Notes under the pieces: generated by a model
What the model was told of the DNA's origin: nothing
The model's input: only the letters and a program-made list of their open reading frames with translations
The model's database searches: none
Translations under genes and position numbers: made by a program
Part shown: piece by piece, positions 1 through 9,385 of the stretch
How the letters are laid out: every line of letters begins with the position of its first letter
How positions within the stretch are numbered: the stretch's first letter is position 1
NCBI GenBank assembly: GCA_977020255.1
Contig: CDROCS010000666.1
Location: forward strand, 248,001-312,000
Length of the DNA: 64,000 nucleotides
Origin: Obrimoposthia wandeli
Lineage: Eukaryota
Reading direction: 5' to 3'

Positions 1-282
1 TTCGAGTTTATGATTCCAATCTTGTGCTAGTTTCTCCCATTCGTCTTTATTCGGTGCTTTATGCTTGGGAAGATGTTCAAGTGCTACAGATATTTCTTGC
101 AACGTTAAACCTACATTCTGTGCTGCTTTAATCACTGCGATTCTTCTCAAAATTTGGCGCTCATATCTCCGTTGATTCGCTTGATTTCTAGTACTAAAAA
201 TCAAACCTTTCTCTTCATAAAAATGAAGGGTTGCTACAGTAACGCCCGCCCGTTTAGCGACTTGCCCTACGCTCATATCCAT
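1..282 (-). CDS. soxR: Redox-sensitive MerR-family activator SoxR (3' end runs off the window)
   Basis: Not in the ORF track. Manual translation from ATG at 282 gives MDMSVGQVAKRAGVTVATLHFYEEKGLIFSTRNQANQRRYERQILRRIAVIKAAQNVG, matching the SoxR HTH. AGGAG RBS upstream; SoxR box next to it. Confidence 0.93.
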   Translation of the reverse strand, partial: MDMSVGQVAKRAGVTVATLHFYEEKGLIFSTRNQANQRRYERQILRRIAVIKAAQNVGLTLQEISVALEHLPKHKAPNKDEWEKLAQDWNHKLE

Positions 283-305
283 ATGAAAGCTCCTATAAAA
301 AGTCA

Positions 306-336
306 TTGACCTCAAGTTAACCTGAGGTACTAGAGT
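306..336 (+). promoter_or_regulatory. SoxR box inside a MerR-type promoter with 19-bp spacer
   Basis: TTGACC (306-311), 19-bp spacer, TAGAGT (331-336). CCTCAAGTTAACCTGAGG at 310-327 differs by one base from the SoxR consensus CCTCAAGTTAACTTGAGG. Confidence 0.9.
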
Positions 337-370
337 AGCAGTGAATAGTTAATATCACACGGAATGAACA

Positions 371-1564
371 ATGAAAAATAAAACGTTTCCCTATTTATCA
401 GGACGATTTTTTGATGGCATAAGCTCGGGTTTATTCATGATGGCATTACCTTGGATCATGCTGAAAGAGCCGAATATGGGTACATTCGTGGCGCTTACTG
501 CCCTTGTTTGCACAACATTGTCCTTTTTATGTACGCCATTTTTCTCTGTTATGACTGATAGGCATTCAAGAAAAGCTATTTTGATTTTGGTGCAAATCAT
601 TCAATCAATTGCCGCAATGTCAGTCGGTATCGCTTATTGGTTTGATTTAGGATCTCAGTGGCTATTGGCGTTTTCACAGTTAGTTTTTTGGGTATCAAGC
701 AATATAGCTTGGAATGCTAACAATGCCTTCACGCAAGAAAATTACGCTCAGCATGAATATGCAAAAATATCTGGATATCAGGAAGTTGTAATGCAAAGTA
801 CAACACTGGGAGCAGGAGCATTAGGTATAATTCTGCTTGAAATGTGGGGAACCGTTGAGTTTGCGGCATTTGCAGCGGTAGCTTCGGCAATTGCAGCCTT
901 CAGTTATGTAATCACCCCTTATAATCGCCAAGTTAGGCCATCGTTTAAAACGTCATTCATAAAGCAATTTAAAGAGAGCAAAAACATTTGCACCCAAAAT
1001 CCAACATTTTATGGGTTCTTATTAATATCGTGTTTGTCTTATCCTATCCTTACCTTTTTAGGCAAATTAGTGCCTATTTGGTTTGCCGAATTAGATATTT
1101 CAGGCAATTGGATTGCTTGGTATAACATAGCATTTGGTCTTGGTTCTTTAATGACAGGCTTGCTGGTTTCACGCATACTCGCGCTGGTATCCCATCGATA
1201 TATTATGCAGTATTCGATGATCATTCTTGCGTTAACATTATTGGCGATGAGTGGAATGATGCAACCATTGTATATTATTGCTTTTACACTTTGTTTTGGT
1301 TTCTTTAATGCACTAAATAGAATTGCAAGAACCAACTGGATGCACCACACAATTCCAATGTCACAACGTGGTCGCGTAGATGGTGGGCTAGCAATGTTTG
1401 CAACGCTAGTTCAAAGCCTTAGCTATGTATTAATTGCGCTTCTCGCACATGTTAATGCTATCGAATACGGTTTTCTCATCGTGGGTTTAGTCGTCTTATT
1501 CGCGAGCTGTTGGATGATGGTTCTTGGGAATAAGATCGAGACAAAGCCTGAGCTTGCTCATTGA
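371..1564 (+). CDS. MFS transporter, probable SoxR-controlled efflux pump
   Basis: 397 aa, about 12 hydrophobic segments, MFS motif A-like TDRHSRK and RGRVDG; directly downstream of the SoxR box. Confidence 0.85.
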   Translation: MKNKTFPYLSGRFFDGISSGLFMMALPWIMLKEPNMGTFVALTALVCTTLSFLCTPFFSVMTDRHSRKAILILVQIIQSIAAMSVGIAYWFDLGSQWLLAFSQLVFWVSSNIAWNANNAFTQENYAQHEYAKISGYQEVVMQSTTLGAGALGIILLEMWGTVEFAAFAAVASAIAAFSYVITPYNRQVRPSFKTSFIKQFKESKNICTQNPTFYGFLLISCLSYPILTFLGKLVPIWFAELDISGNWIAWYNIAFGLGSLMTGLLVSRILALVSHRYIMQYSMIILALTLLAMSGMMQPLYIIAFTLCFGFFNALNRIARTNWMHHTIPMSQRGRVDGGLAMFATLVQSLSYVLIALLAHVNAIEYGFLIVGLVVLFASCWMMVLGNKIETKPELAH

Positions 1565-1664
1565 TCGTTAAGCATATTCAGCCCCACTTTCCACTTATAT
1601 TAAAGGGAAATGGGGCGGTGTATTCCTCGTAACCATTTAGGCTAAGTAGACTTTACTAAAGACA

Positions 1665-2921
1665 TTAGAATGTTTTATTAAACAACACGCCAAAGTAATG
1701 AATACCAATATCATAATCGCCACGTAAAGTGCCGCCAGGTCCTGCCTCTAATGTGTACTCAATCGATGGTGTGCCTGCATCTAAATATTCATAGTACATC
1801 TGCATGCGCCACTCTGCATTGAGTTCATACGTTGCACCCATCGCATATTTCCAGATTTCGCCTGTTGGTACATCAGGATATTGCTTAGTCGGATCATCTT
1901 GTGGTGAAGTTTCATAATAAACACCCCCCTCTAAACGCCAGTCAGGGGTTAATTGGTAGTGAGCACCTAAGCTAAACAACCATGTATCTTCCCATTCACG
2001 ATCGATCGAAGCCGTTGTGTTTGTGAGTGTTATATCGGTTGTTTGTACTTTACTGAAATCAGTCCAACCTGCGCTCCACAACATCGTCCATTTTGGGGCA
2101 ACCTGATGATAGCCACTCATGATTGCGATCGAAGGCATTACAATATTAAACGATGCGTCAGGGCTAAAATTCTTAGTAGAAATATCACCACTTAAATCAT
2201 GATCATTTTCAGAACGATACGTAAAGCCTACTCGATTATCGTTATTAATTTCATATAACGCACTTAACGTATAGCCAAACTCTAGACTATCGCCTTCACC
2301 AACAATTTGCCCTATCCCTCGAAGGTTAGAGCCGCCAAAAGTCTGTTCTAATTTGCCATATTCCGCAACTAAACCAACACCAACCGACAGATCATCAGTG
2401 ACTTTATAGGCAACACTAGGGCTAACTTGAACCGTTATCATGCTTGCATCTTGTAATAATAAACTGCCTTTAAAATCTGAACCATAATCAATAACCGATC
2501 CACCCGCCGAAGCAATCGCGATACCAAAAGCCAACTTATCGTTATAAGGGTGAACATAATATAAAGCACCTGCAGGTAAAGCTGCTCCTGCCTGTGTACT
2601 CTCACTGCCACGACTGAACACGCCATCCGACCCATTATCGTAATACATGGCATCAGAAATTGTACCTTCAATATTGAATGCCAACGTAGGTCGTTCTAAG
2701 CGAGTCATACCTGCAGGATTTGCATAAGCCGTTTCTGCTCCCTCTGCTATAGCTTGGGCACCAGCACCAGCAGTACTAATGCTCATCATCCCCAACTCTG
2801 AAAACACATAAGCGCCTGCCAAAGCATTCATCGATAAGGTACTACCAATAAGAACTGCTGCCGCCTTTGTCATAAAAGGAAGGGAGGGGAAATTAGTCAT
2901 GATTATTATATTTGCCTTCAT
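1665..2921 (-). CDS. OmpP1/FadL/TodX-family outer-membrane transporter
   Basis: Signal peptide followed by GAYVFSELG...AGAG...AYANPAGMTRL hatch motif; C-terminal aromatic residue (FNKTF). True start may be a few codons in. Confidence 0.85.
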   Translation of the reverse strand: MKANIIIMTNFPSLPFMTKAAAVLIGSTLSMNALAGAYVFSELGMMSISTAGAGAQAIAEGAETAYANPAGMTRLERPTLAFNIEGTISDAMYYDNGSDGVFSRGSESTQAGAALPAGALYYVHPYNDKLAFGIAIASAGGSVIDYGSDFKGSLLLQDASMITVQVSPSVAYKVTDDLSVGVGLVAEYGKLEQTFGGSNLRGIGQIVGEGDSLEFGYTLSALYEINNDNRVGFTYRSENDHDLSGDISTKNFSPDASFNIVMPSIAIMSGYHQVAPKWTMLWSAGWTDFSKVQTTDITLTNTTASIDREWEDTWLFSLGAHYQLTPDWRLEGGVYYETSPQDDPTKQYPDVPTGEIWKYAMGATYELNAEWRMQMYYEYLDAGTPSIEYTLEAGPGGTLRGDYDIGIHYFGVLFNKTF

Positions 2922-3169
2922 AGCAAGAAAGAGATAAACAATACGGTTTAACTCTAAATTTCAAATGGTTAACACCCGAAATGAACACATTAAATCGTGT
3001 GAAAAAAGGGGTAATTAAGAGTATTTAAACGTTGTGATTTTATAGAAATCCCTCCCCCTAAATAACCCGTAAAATTACCAGTCGTTTAATCATTGATGTC
3101 ACGCTTCAAAAAAACTCGATCATCGATGCACTCACTACTAGGTGCCACCAGTATAGTAAAAAATAAAAC

Positions 3170-3183
3170 TTGATAATGATCAA
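3170..3183. promoter_or_regulatory. Candidate FNR site
   Basis: TTGAT-AATG-ATCAA, an exact TTGAT-N4-ATCAA match in the divergent fadL-like/permease intergenic region. Confidence 0.5.
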
Positions 3184-3293
3184 ATGGTTATAAGTCATTT
3201 CTATTTTTATCGAAATATCTAATTGACAAGAAAACGACCAAGACTTATCATTTCGATAATTCCAGAAACAATGAATCAATTAAAGGCAATATT

Positions 3294-4379
3294 ATGAGTC
3301 CTGAAATTATCGGTATGGCAAAAGAAGCCGCTAACATGTTTGCGTTTCTTGCCACAGAATTAGTTATTTTATTCTTGGTCGTGAGTTATCTTGTTGGTAT
3401 TTTGCAAGAGTTTCTAACACCCGCAAAAATTCAATCCATTTTAAGCTCACGTAATGGTAAAGGTTACTTCATTGCTGCATTGCTCGGTGCAATTACCCCG
3501 TTCTGTTCATGCTCTACTATTCCTTTTTTAAAAGGTTTATTACGAGCACGTGCAGGGTTTGGCCCAATGATGGTGTTCTTATTCTCTAGCCCACTTTTAA
3601 ACCCTATTATTATTGGCTTATTCGTGGTTACGTTTGGGGTTAAAGTTGCAGTATTTTACTTCCTAACTGCGATGATTGTGTCGGTAACATCGGGAGTCGT
3701 ACTTGAAAAGCTGGGTTTTGAACGATACGTAAAACCAGAAGCGTACGAAGCGGCAGATTCAGCCTCTTCATGTGGCACAACGTGCGGTGATTCAAAGCCA
3801 AAAGTTGAAGCAACATCTTGCTGCAGCACTCAAAAAGAAGCGGTTGTTGAAACACCTTTAATGGCAGCATGCGGTGTAGGTGAACCCGCACTGGCGACAG
3901 CAACCTGTGGGGCAAATAATTCTACGGCGAGTTCTGCATGTGGTACAGCAAAAGAAACCAAAGCAGAAAACCGTTGGATGCGTATTTGGAATGCAACATG
4001 GAAAGACTTTAAACAAGTATTACCGTACTTATTACTCGGTATCTTGTTGGGTTCATTCATTTACGGCTTTATTCCAACAGATTTAATCGTGCAGTATGCA
4101 GGTGAAGGGAAATGGTATGCAATTCCTGTTGCGGCTGTCATTGGTATTCCACTGTATATTCGTGCTGAAGCGGTCATTCCACTTAGTTCAGCTTTAGTTG
4201 CAAAAGGGATGGCGATGGGATCAGTAATGGCTTTGATCATTGGTAGTGCTGGTGCAAGTTTAACTGAAGTTATTTTGCTTAAATCTATCTTCAAAAACCA
4301 AATGATTGCAGCGTTTTTAACCGTAATCATAACGATGGCAATTGGCGCTGGTTACTTATATACCTTCATCTTTGCTTAA
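3294..4379 (+). CDS. DUF318/ArsP-family permease with Cys-rich central insert
   Basis: TPFCSCSTIP and SPLLNP motifs, PLYIRAEAVIP second half, and a hydrophilic Cys/Ala/Thr-rich linker between the two membrane halves. Confidence 0.85.
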   Translation: MSPEIIGMAKEAANMFAFLATELVILFLVVSYLVGILQEFLTPAKIQSILSSRNGKGYFIAALLGAITPFCSCSTIPFLKGLLRARAGFGPMMVFLFSSPLLNPIIIGLFVVTFGVKVAVFYFLTAMIVSVTSGVVLEKLGFERYVKPEAYEAADSASSCGTTCGDSKPKVEATSCCSTQKEAVVETPLMAACGVGEPALATATCGANNSTASSACGTAKETKAENRWMRIWNATWKDFKQVLPYLLLGILLGSFIYGFIPTDLIVQYAGEGKWYAIPVAAVIGIPLYIRAEAVIPLSSALVAKGMAMGSVMALIIGSAGASLTEVILLKSIFKNQMIAAFLTVIITMAIGAGYLYTFIFA

Positions 4380-4665
4380 TCGCGATTTATAGCAGATAGC
4401 CAAATTAATTATGCCATTACAGTGCACTTAACAGCGGCTTGCACGCTTTAATATCATAATAAAAATCGGGTCACTTTTTAGTGGCCCTTTTGTTGTTATA
4501 TGCTGCCACCACTATATTTCCCCATAAAAGCGATTAGCATTCACCCTTGCATTATCACAACCAACCAGACATTGTGACACCTAAGTAAAAGTGTTGATGA
4601 AACAACACGCACTCAACGTTATCAACGCAGCCGCAAAAAATAACGACTAACGGTTTGGGATAAAT

Positions 4666-5454
4666 ATGTCTTCAGAATACAAATCTACGAAAAAAGCAGG
4701 ACCAAAGCCCGCTCAAAAGGTTGAACAAGTCTATGAATATGCGGTTTGGTGGTTAAACCAGCGTGGTTATTCGGTAATGAAGCTGAAAGAAAAGCTAATC
4801 CGAAAAACGGATAACCATGAATGGATCGCGAGTGTTATAGAAAAATTACTGGATCAAGGCTATTTATCAGACCAGCGATTTGCAGAGACATTTGTACAAT
4901 CACGCTGTCGACTTTACGGCCCTAAAGTCTTAACTCAAAAACTAAAATTACAGGGCGTGGGTATTACAGATATAGAACACGCACTCTGTACTATTGATGA
5001 CTCAGATACTGACGAGTTAATTTCTCGGGTTATTACTAAGTACACGGGTAAAAAAAGTGTTCGCGATATTACTATGCGACTCAAAAGCGAAGGGATCGAC
5101 GATACCCGAATTCAAGCCGTATTAGATGCAAGCATCGATACAGAGCATGAATCTCAGCTAGCAACACGTATCATTAATAAGCACGCAAAAAAAATGGGCC
5201 GCAGCGGGTTGTTGCAAAAGCTTCGAAGTGAAGGGATAAGCCAAGACACCATTGACGAACTCTTCAGCGAAGAATCAGAAGATGACGTGGTGGAAGATGA
5301 CCAACACAAAGCGTTAGAGCAGTTAAATAAGAAATATAAAACGCGGTTGACTGATTTTGCAGAGAAAAAGAAGGCAACAGCCTTTCTTGTCCGTAAAGGT
5401 TTTAGCTTTTCTGAGGCTAAATATGCAATTGAACATCACTTAGAAGACATTTAA
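4666..5454 (+). CDS. recX: RecX-family regulatory protein, long (262 aa) form
   Basis: RGYS..LKEKL, GYLSDQRFAETFV, YGP..L.QKL..QG and terminal FLVRKGF motifs typical of RecX. Confidence 0.8.
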   Translation: MSSEYKSTKKAGPKPAQKVEQVYEYAVWWLNQRGYSVMKLKEKLIRKTDNHEWIASVIEKLLDQGYLSDQRFAETFVQSRCRLYGPKVLTQKLKLQGVGITDIEHALCTIDDSDTDELISRVITKYTGKKSVRDITMRLKSEGIDDTRIQAVLDASIDTEHESQLATRIINKHAKKMGRSGLLQKLRSEGISQDTIDELFSEESEDDVVEDDQHKALEQLNKKYKTRLTDFAEKKKATAFLVRKGFSFSEAKYAIEHHLEDI

Positions 5455-5569
5455 ACACGAAGACAGACATGATTAATGCACACTTTTCATCCGTATCGCT
5501 ATAAAAATACCGATTAATATCTATATTAGATTCAATCGTTTATATATTCACCAGTTAGAAAAATAGCGC

Positions 5570-5598
5570 TTTACATCGTGCTCGGTATTCATTATTAT
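5570..5598 (+). promoter_or_regulatory. Sigma70 promoter of the tRNA cluster
   Basis: TTTACA-N17-TATTAT, ending 12 nt before tRNA-Ser. Confidence 0.7.
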
Positions 5599-5610
5599 CT
5601 TTCGCACTCA

Positions 5611-5701
5611 GGAGAGATGGCTGAGTGGTCGAAAGCACCGGTCTTGAAAACCGGCAAGGGTTTATAGCCCTTCTAGGGTTCAAATCCCTATCTCTCCGCC
5701 A
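5611..5701 (+). tRNA. tRNA-Ser(TGA)
   Basis: GGAGAGA acceptor, CCGGT-CTTGAAA-ACCGG anticodon arm, long variable arm, GGTTCAAATCC T loop, encoded CCA. Confidence 0.97.
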
Positions 5702-5745
5702 TATTGGTATTTAGGCGCAAGCGTGAATACAACAGAATAAATTGT

Positions 5746-5803
<58 letters not shown>

Positions 5804-5821
5804 CTCCGGTAGTCGGCACCA
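5746..5821 (+). tRNA. tRNA-Thr(TGT)
   Basis: GCCGACT...AGTCGGC acceptor, CTGA-CTTGTAA-TCAG anticodon arm, GTTCGACTC T loop, CCA end; 76 nt. Confidence 0.97.
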
Positions 5822-5829
5822 CTTATTTT

Positions 5830-5833
5830 GCGT

Positions 5834-5896
<63 letters not shown>

Positions 5897-5904
5897 ACGC
5901 TCCA
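5830..5904 (+). tRNA. tRNA-Gly(TCC); left attachment site of the island
   Basis: GCGTGCA...TGCACGC acceptor, TCAGC-CTTCCAA-GCTGA anticodon arm, GGTTCGATTCC T loop, CCA end. Confidence 0.97.
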
Positions 5905-5914
5905 AACAACAACG

Positions 5915-5939
5915 AAGCCGCTCATTGAGCGGCTTTTTT
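5915..5939 (+). terminator. Rho-independent terminator of the tRNA operon
   Basis: AAGCCGCTC-ATT-GAGCGGCTT followed by a T run. Confidence 0.85.
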
Positions 5940-6083
5940 GTATCTGGCGTTTTAAATTTTAACCTTTCAGTACGGTAAATTTCAAATTGAGACCACTTAA
6001 AAATCGACGTATTTTCAATAATGATACAAAGTGACCTCACTTGTAAAAAACTTTATCTTCTTAATCTATTTATCAAATGTAGA

Positions 6084-6659
6084 TCAGAGTGGCCAGTGAT
6101 CAAAATAGATATGGTTTGCTTGCCAATCGACTTTTTCTTGGTTATCAACAAGTAGATATTTTGCAACTGTAAAGGCAAATTCAAAACTGACACCTAACCC
6201 TTTACCGCTAATAAACTGACCATCGACCACCACTTTTTGATCGAGAAACTGACCGTCATCGAATTTCTTATCTAAACCTGCCCCTGTTGTATAATAGTGC
6301 CGCCCCAACAGTTGATGAGCGGCTAATACCTTGGCTCCGGATGAACACAAGGCACAGATATATTTATCTTCATTAATATGACGTTTGAGGAAATCAATCA
6401 CCACAGGATTGGCTGACAGATTATCAGTACCTTTCGGTCCCCCTGGCATCATGACAGCGTCATACATCGTGTCGTGACAGTTTTTAAGAATATCATCAGC
6501 TGTAATACGTGTTTCAAAATAGGTATTCAACGCTGTCGTTTCCATACATGACAACACCGTTACTTTAATATCTAATCGACGCATAATATCGATAAATACG
6601 ACAGCTTCACCTTCTTCGAATCCATCAGCTAACAAAACAGCAACATGCTTCTCTGTCAT
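6084..6659 (-). CDS. DJ-1/PfpI (ThiJ/YajL-like) family protein
   Basis: VAVLLADGFEEGE, YDAVMMPGG and ICALCSSG (nucleophile Cys) motifs; last gene of the kdgK-eda transcript. Confidence 0.9.
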   Translation of the reverse strand: MTEKHVAVLLADGFEEGEAVVFIDIMRRLDIKVTVLSCMETTALNTYFETRITADDILKNCHDTMYDAVMMPGGPKGTDNLSANPVVIDFLKRHINEDKYICALCSSGAKVLAAHQLLGRHYYTTGAGLDKKFDDGQFLDQKVVVDGQFISGKGLGVSFEFAFTVAKYLLVDNQEKVDWQANHIYFDHWPL

Positions 6660-6668
6660 ATTTAACTC

Positions 6669-7304
6669 CTATAAATTCAATAATTTACACGTTTCACGAA
6701 CATTATTCGCAATGGTTTCCCAATCGTTGTCACGAATAGCTGCCGTTGGTGCAATCCAAGTACCACCGCAGGCAATAACCTGAGGAATCGCAAGGTACTC
6801 CATCAAGTTTGCTGGCTTCACACCACCTGTAGGCATCAACTGAATATTGCCGTATGGACCTGTTAGTGACTTCAGCATATTGATCCCACCTGACGCTTCT
6901 GCAGGGAAAAACTTTAGTGCAGTAACTCCTAATTCCAACGCCTGCTCAACTTGGCTTGGGCTATTAACACCAGGAATAATTTTCACCCCCTGTTCAAGGC
7001 AATATTTAACTGTCGTTGGGTTAAACCCTGGGCTAACAATAAAATCCGCTCCAGCTTTAACCGCTAAATCGACCTGCGCAGGAGTCAGCACTGTACCTGC
7101 ACACAGGATAATATCAGGGAGTGCCGCGCGGATCAGGCAAATAGATTCGGCGGCCGCTGCACTGCGAAAGGTAATTTCTGCAGCTGGTAAGCCATTGTCA
7201 CTGAGTACCTGCGCCAGCTTTACTGCATCTTTGGCATCTTCAATCTGGATAACTGGCATCACTCGTAATGCTCTTAATGTTTCAATCCACTTCTCATTCA
7301 TCAT
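6669..7304 (-). CDS. eda: KDPG/KHG aldolase
   Basis: EITFR, GAGTV-like CAGTVL, KFFPA and MPTGGV motifs. Confidence 0.95.
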   Translation of the reverse strand: MMNEKWIETLRALRVMPVIQIEDAKDAVKLAQVLSDNGLPAAEITFRSAAAAESICLIRAALPDIILCAGTVLTPAQVDLAVKAGADFIVSPGFNPTTVKYCLEQGVKIIPGVNSPSQVEQALELGVTALKFFPAEASGGINMLKSLTGPYGNIQLMPTGGVKPANLMEYLAIPQVIACGGTWIAPTAAIRDNDWETIANNVRETCKLLNL

Positions 7305-7305
7305 C

Positions 7306-8271
7306 TTAGTTACTCATTAGTTCCGTTATATATCGAGTCTGTTCAACAGGGATAATTGCCCCTTTATGTTGAATAACCTGTGCAGCAAGCTTATTCCCCC
7401 AATAACAGCACTCTGCCATCTCCATACCTGAGCACCATGCAGCTAAATAAGCAGCATTAAATGAATCTCCCGCAGCTGTCGTATCAATGACTTGCGTCAC
7501 TTTGTTGCCGCTCACGACACCTTGGTTACCAGCTTGAGACCACATAGCACCGTCACTGCCCAGCTTAACAACCACTTGTTTGATACCAAGAGAGTGCAAG
7601 CGACGTGCTATTACCTGAGGCTCAGACAACTTGCGACCTAGCAGTAACTCTTCATCATCAGCTGTCACCAAAGCGATATCAGTGAGTTGATAAAGCTTAC
7701 CTAGCCATTCACAAGCATCGGTAGCATTACGCCATAAACGCGGACGATAGTTAGAATCAACCGCAATTGTTACCCCTGAAGATTTAAGCTGTGTAAGCGT
7801 ATTTAATAATTTCACTTTGCCGTGGTCGGGTAAAATTGCCAAAGAAATACCAGAAAGATAAACCAAGTCGACTGATTTCAAACTATCGACAACATCATTG
7901 AAGCCTTCATGCTCACACAAGTAACGAGCAGCTGAGTCATTGCGCCAATAATGGAAGCTACGCTCACCACCATCATCAATTTCGATGGCATACATACCCG
8001 GTAGTTTATCTGGGTTAACCAATGTCAGTGATGTATCAACACCTTCACTTTCCCAAGCCGATAACATTATCTTGCTGTAAGCATCAGCACCAACAGCTGT
8101 TACATAACTAGGTATCAAAGATGGAAGTAGTCGCGACAGATAAACCGCTGTATTTAAGGTATCACCGCCGAAATTCTGAGCTTGAGACGCAAAAGGTTTG
8201 CCACTTAACTCAATCATACATTCACCAATAATGGCGATTTTATTTTGCTTTACCGTAGAAGGGTTTACCAT
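7306..8271 (-). CDS. kdgK: 2-keto-3-deoxygluconate kinase (PfkB family)
   Basis: IAIIGECMIELS, GGDTLNTAVYLSRL, DSNYRPRLW and DTTAAGDSF motifs. Start moved to ATG 8271; the ORF-track extension to 8382 is non-homologous. Confidence 0.93.
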   Translation of the reverse strand: MVNPSTVKQNKIAIIGECMIELSGKPFASQAQNFGGDTLNTAVYLSRLLPSLIPSYVTAVGADAYSKIMLSAWESEGVDTSLTLVNPDKLPGMYAIEIDDGGERSFHYWRNDSAARYLCEHEGFNDVVDSLKSVDLVYLSGISLAILPDHGKVKLLNTLTQLKSSGVTIAVDSNYRPRLWRNATDACEWLGKLYQLTDIALVTADDEELLLGRKLSEPQVIARRLHSLGIKQVVVKLGSDGAMWSQAGNQGVVSGNKVTQVIDTTAAGDSFNAAYLAAWCSGMEMAECCYWGNKLAAQVIQHKGAIIPVEQTRYITELMSN

Positions 8272-8422
8272 CAAATTACTATCCGTAGTTGCTGTCTGTA
8301 ACCGGTTAATACCGAAGAAAAGAAAATGGCTATATTCGCTAATAATAAGGAGAAAATTAACGTCTATAGCCTGGAACAACAAGCACTGGGGGGAAATGCC
8401 TTATTTTCTTTTTCACTAACGA

Positions 8423-9376
<954 letters not shown>

Positions 9377-9385
9377 ATTTTGAAA

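Noticed and set aside
5792-6040. 82-aa ORF over the tRNA cluster
   Set aside because: Antisense translation of tRNA-Thr/Gly and their terminator.
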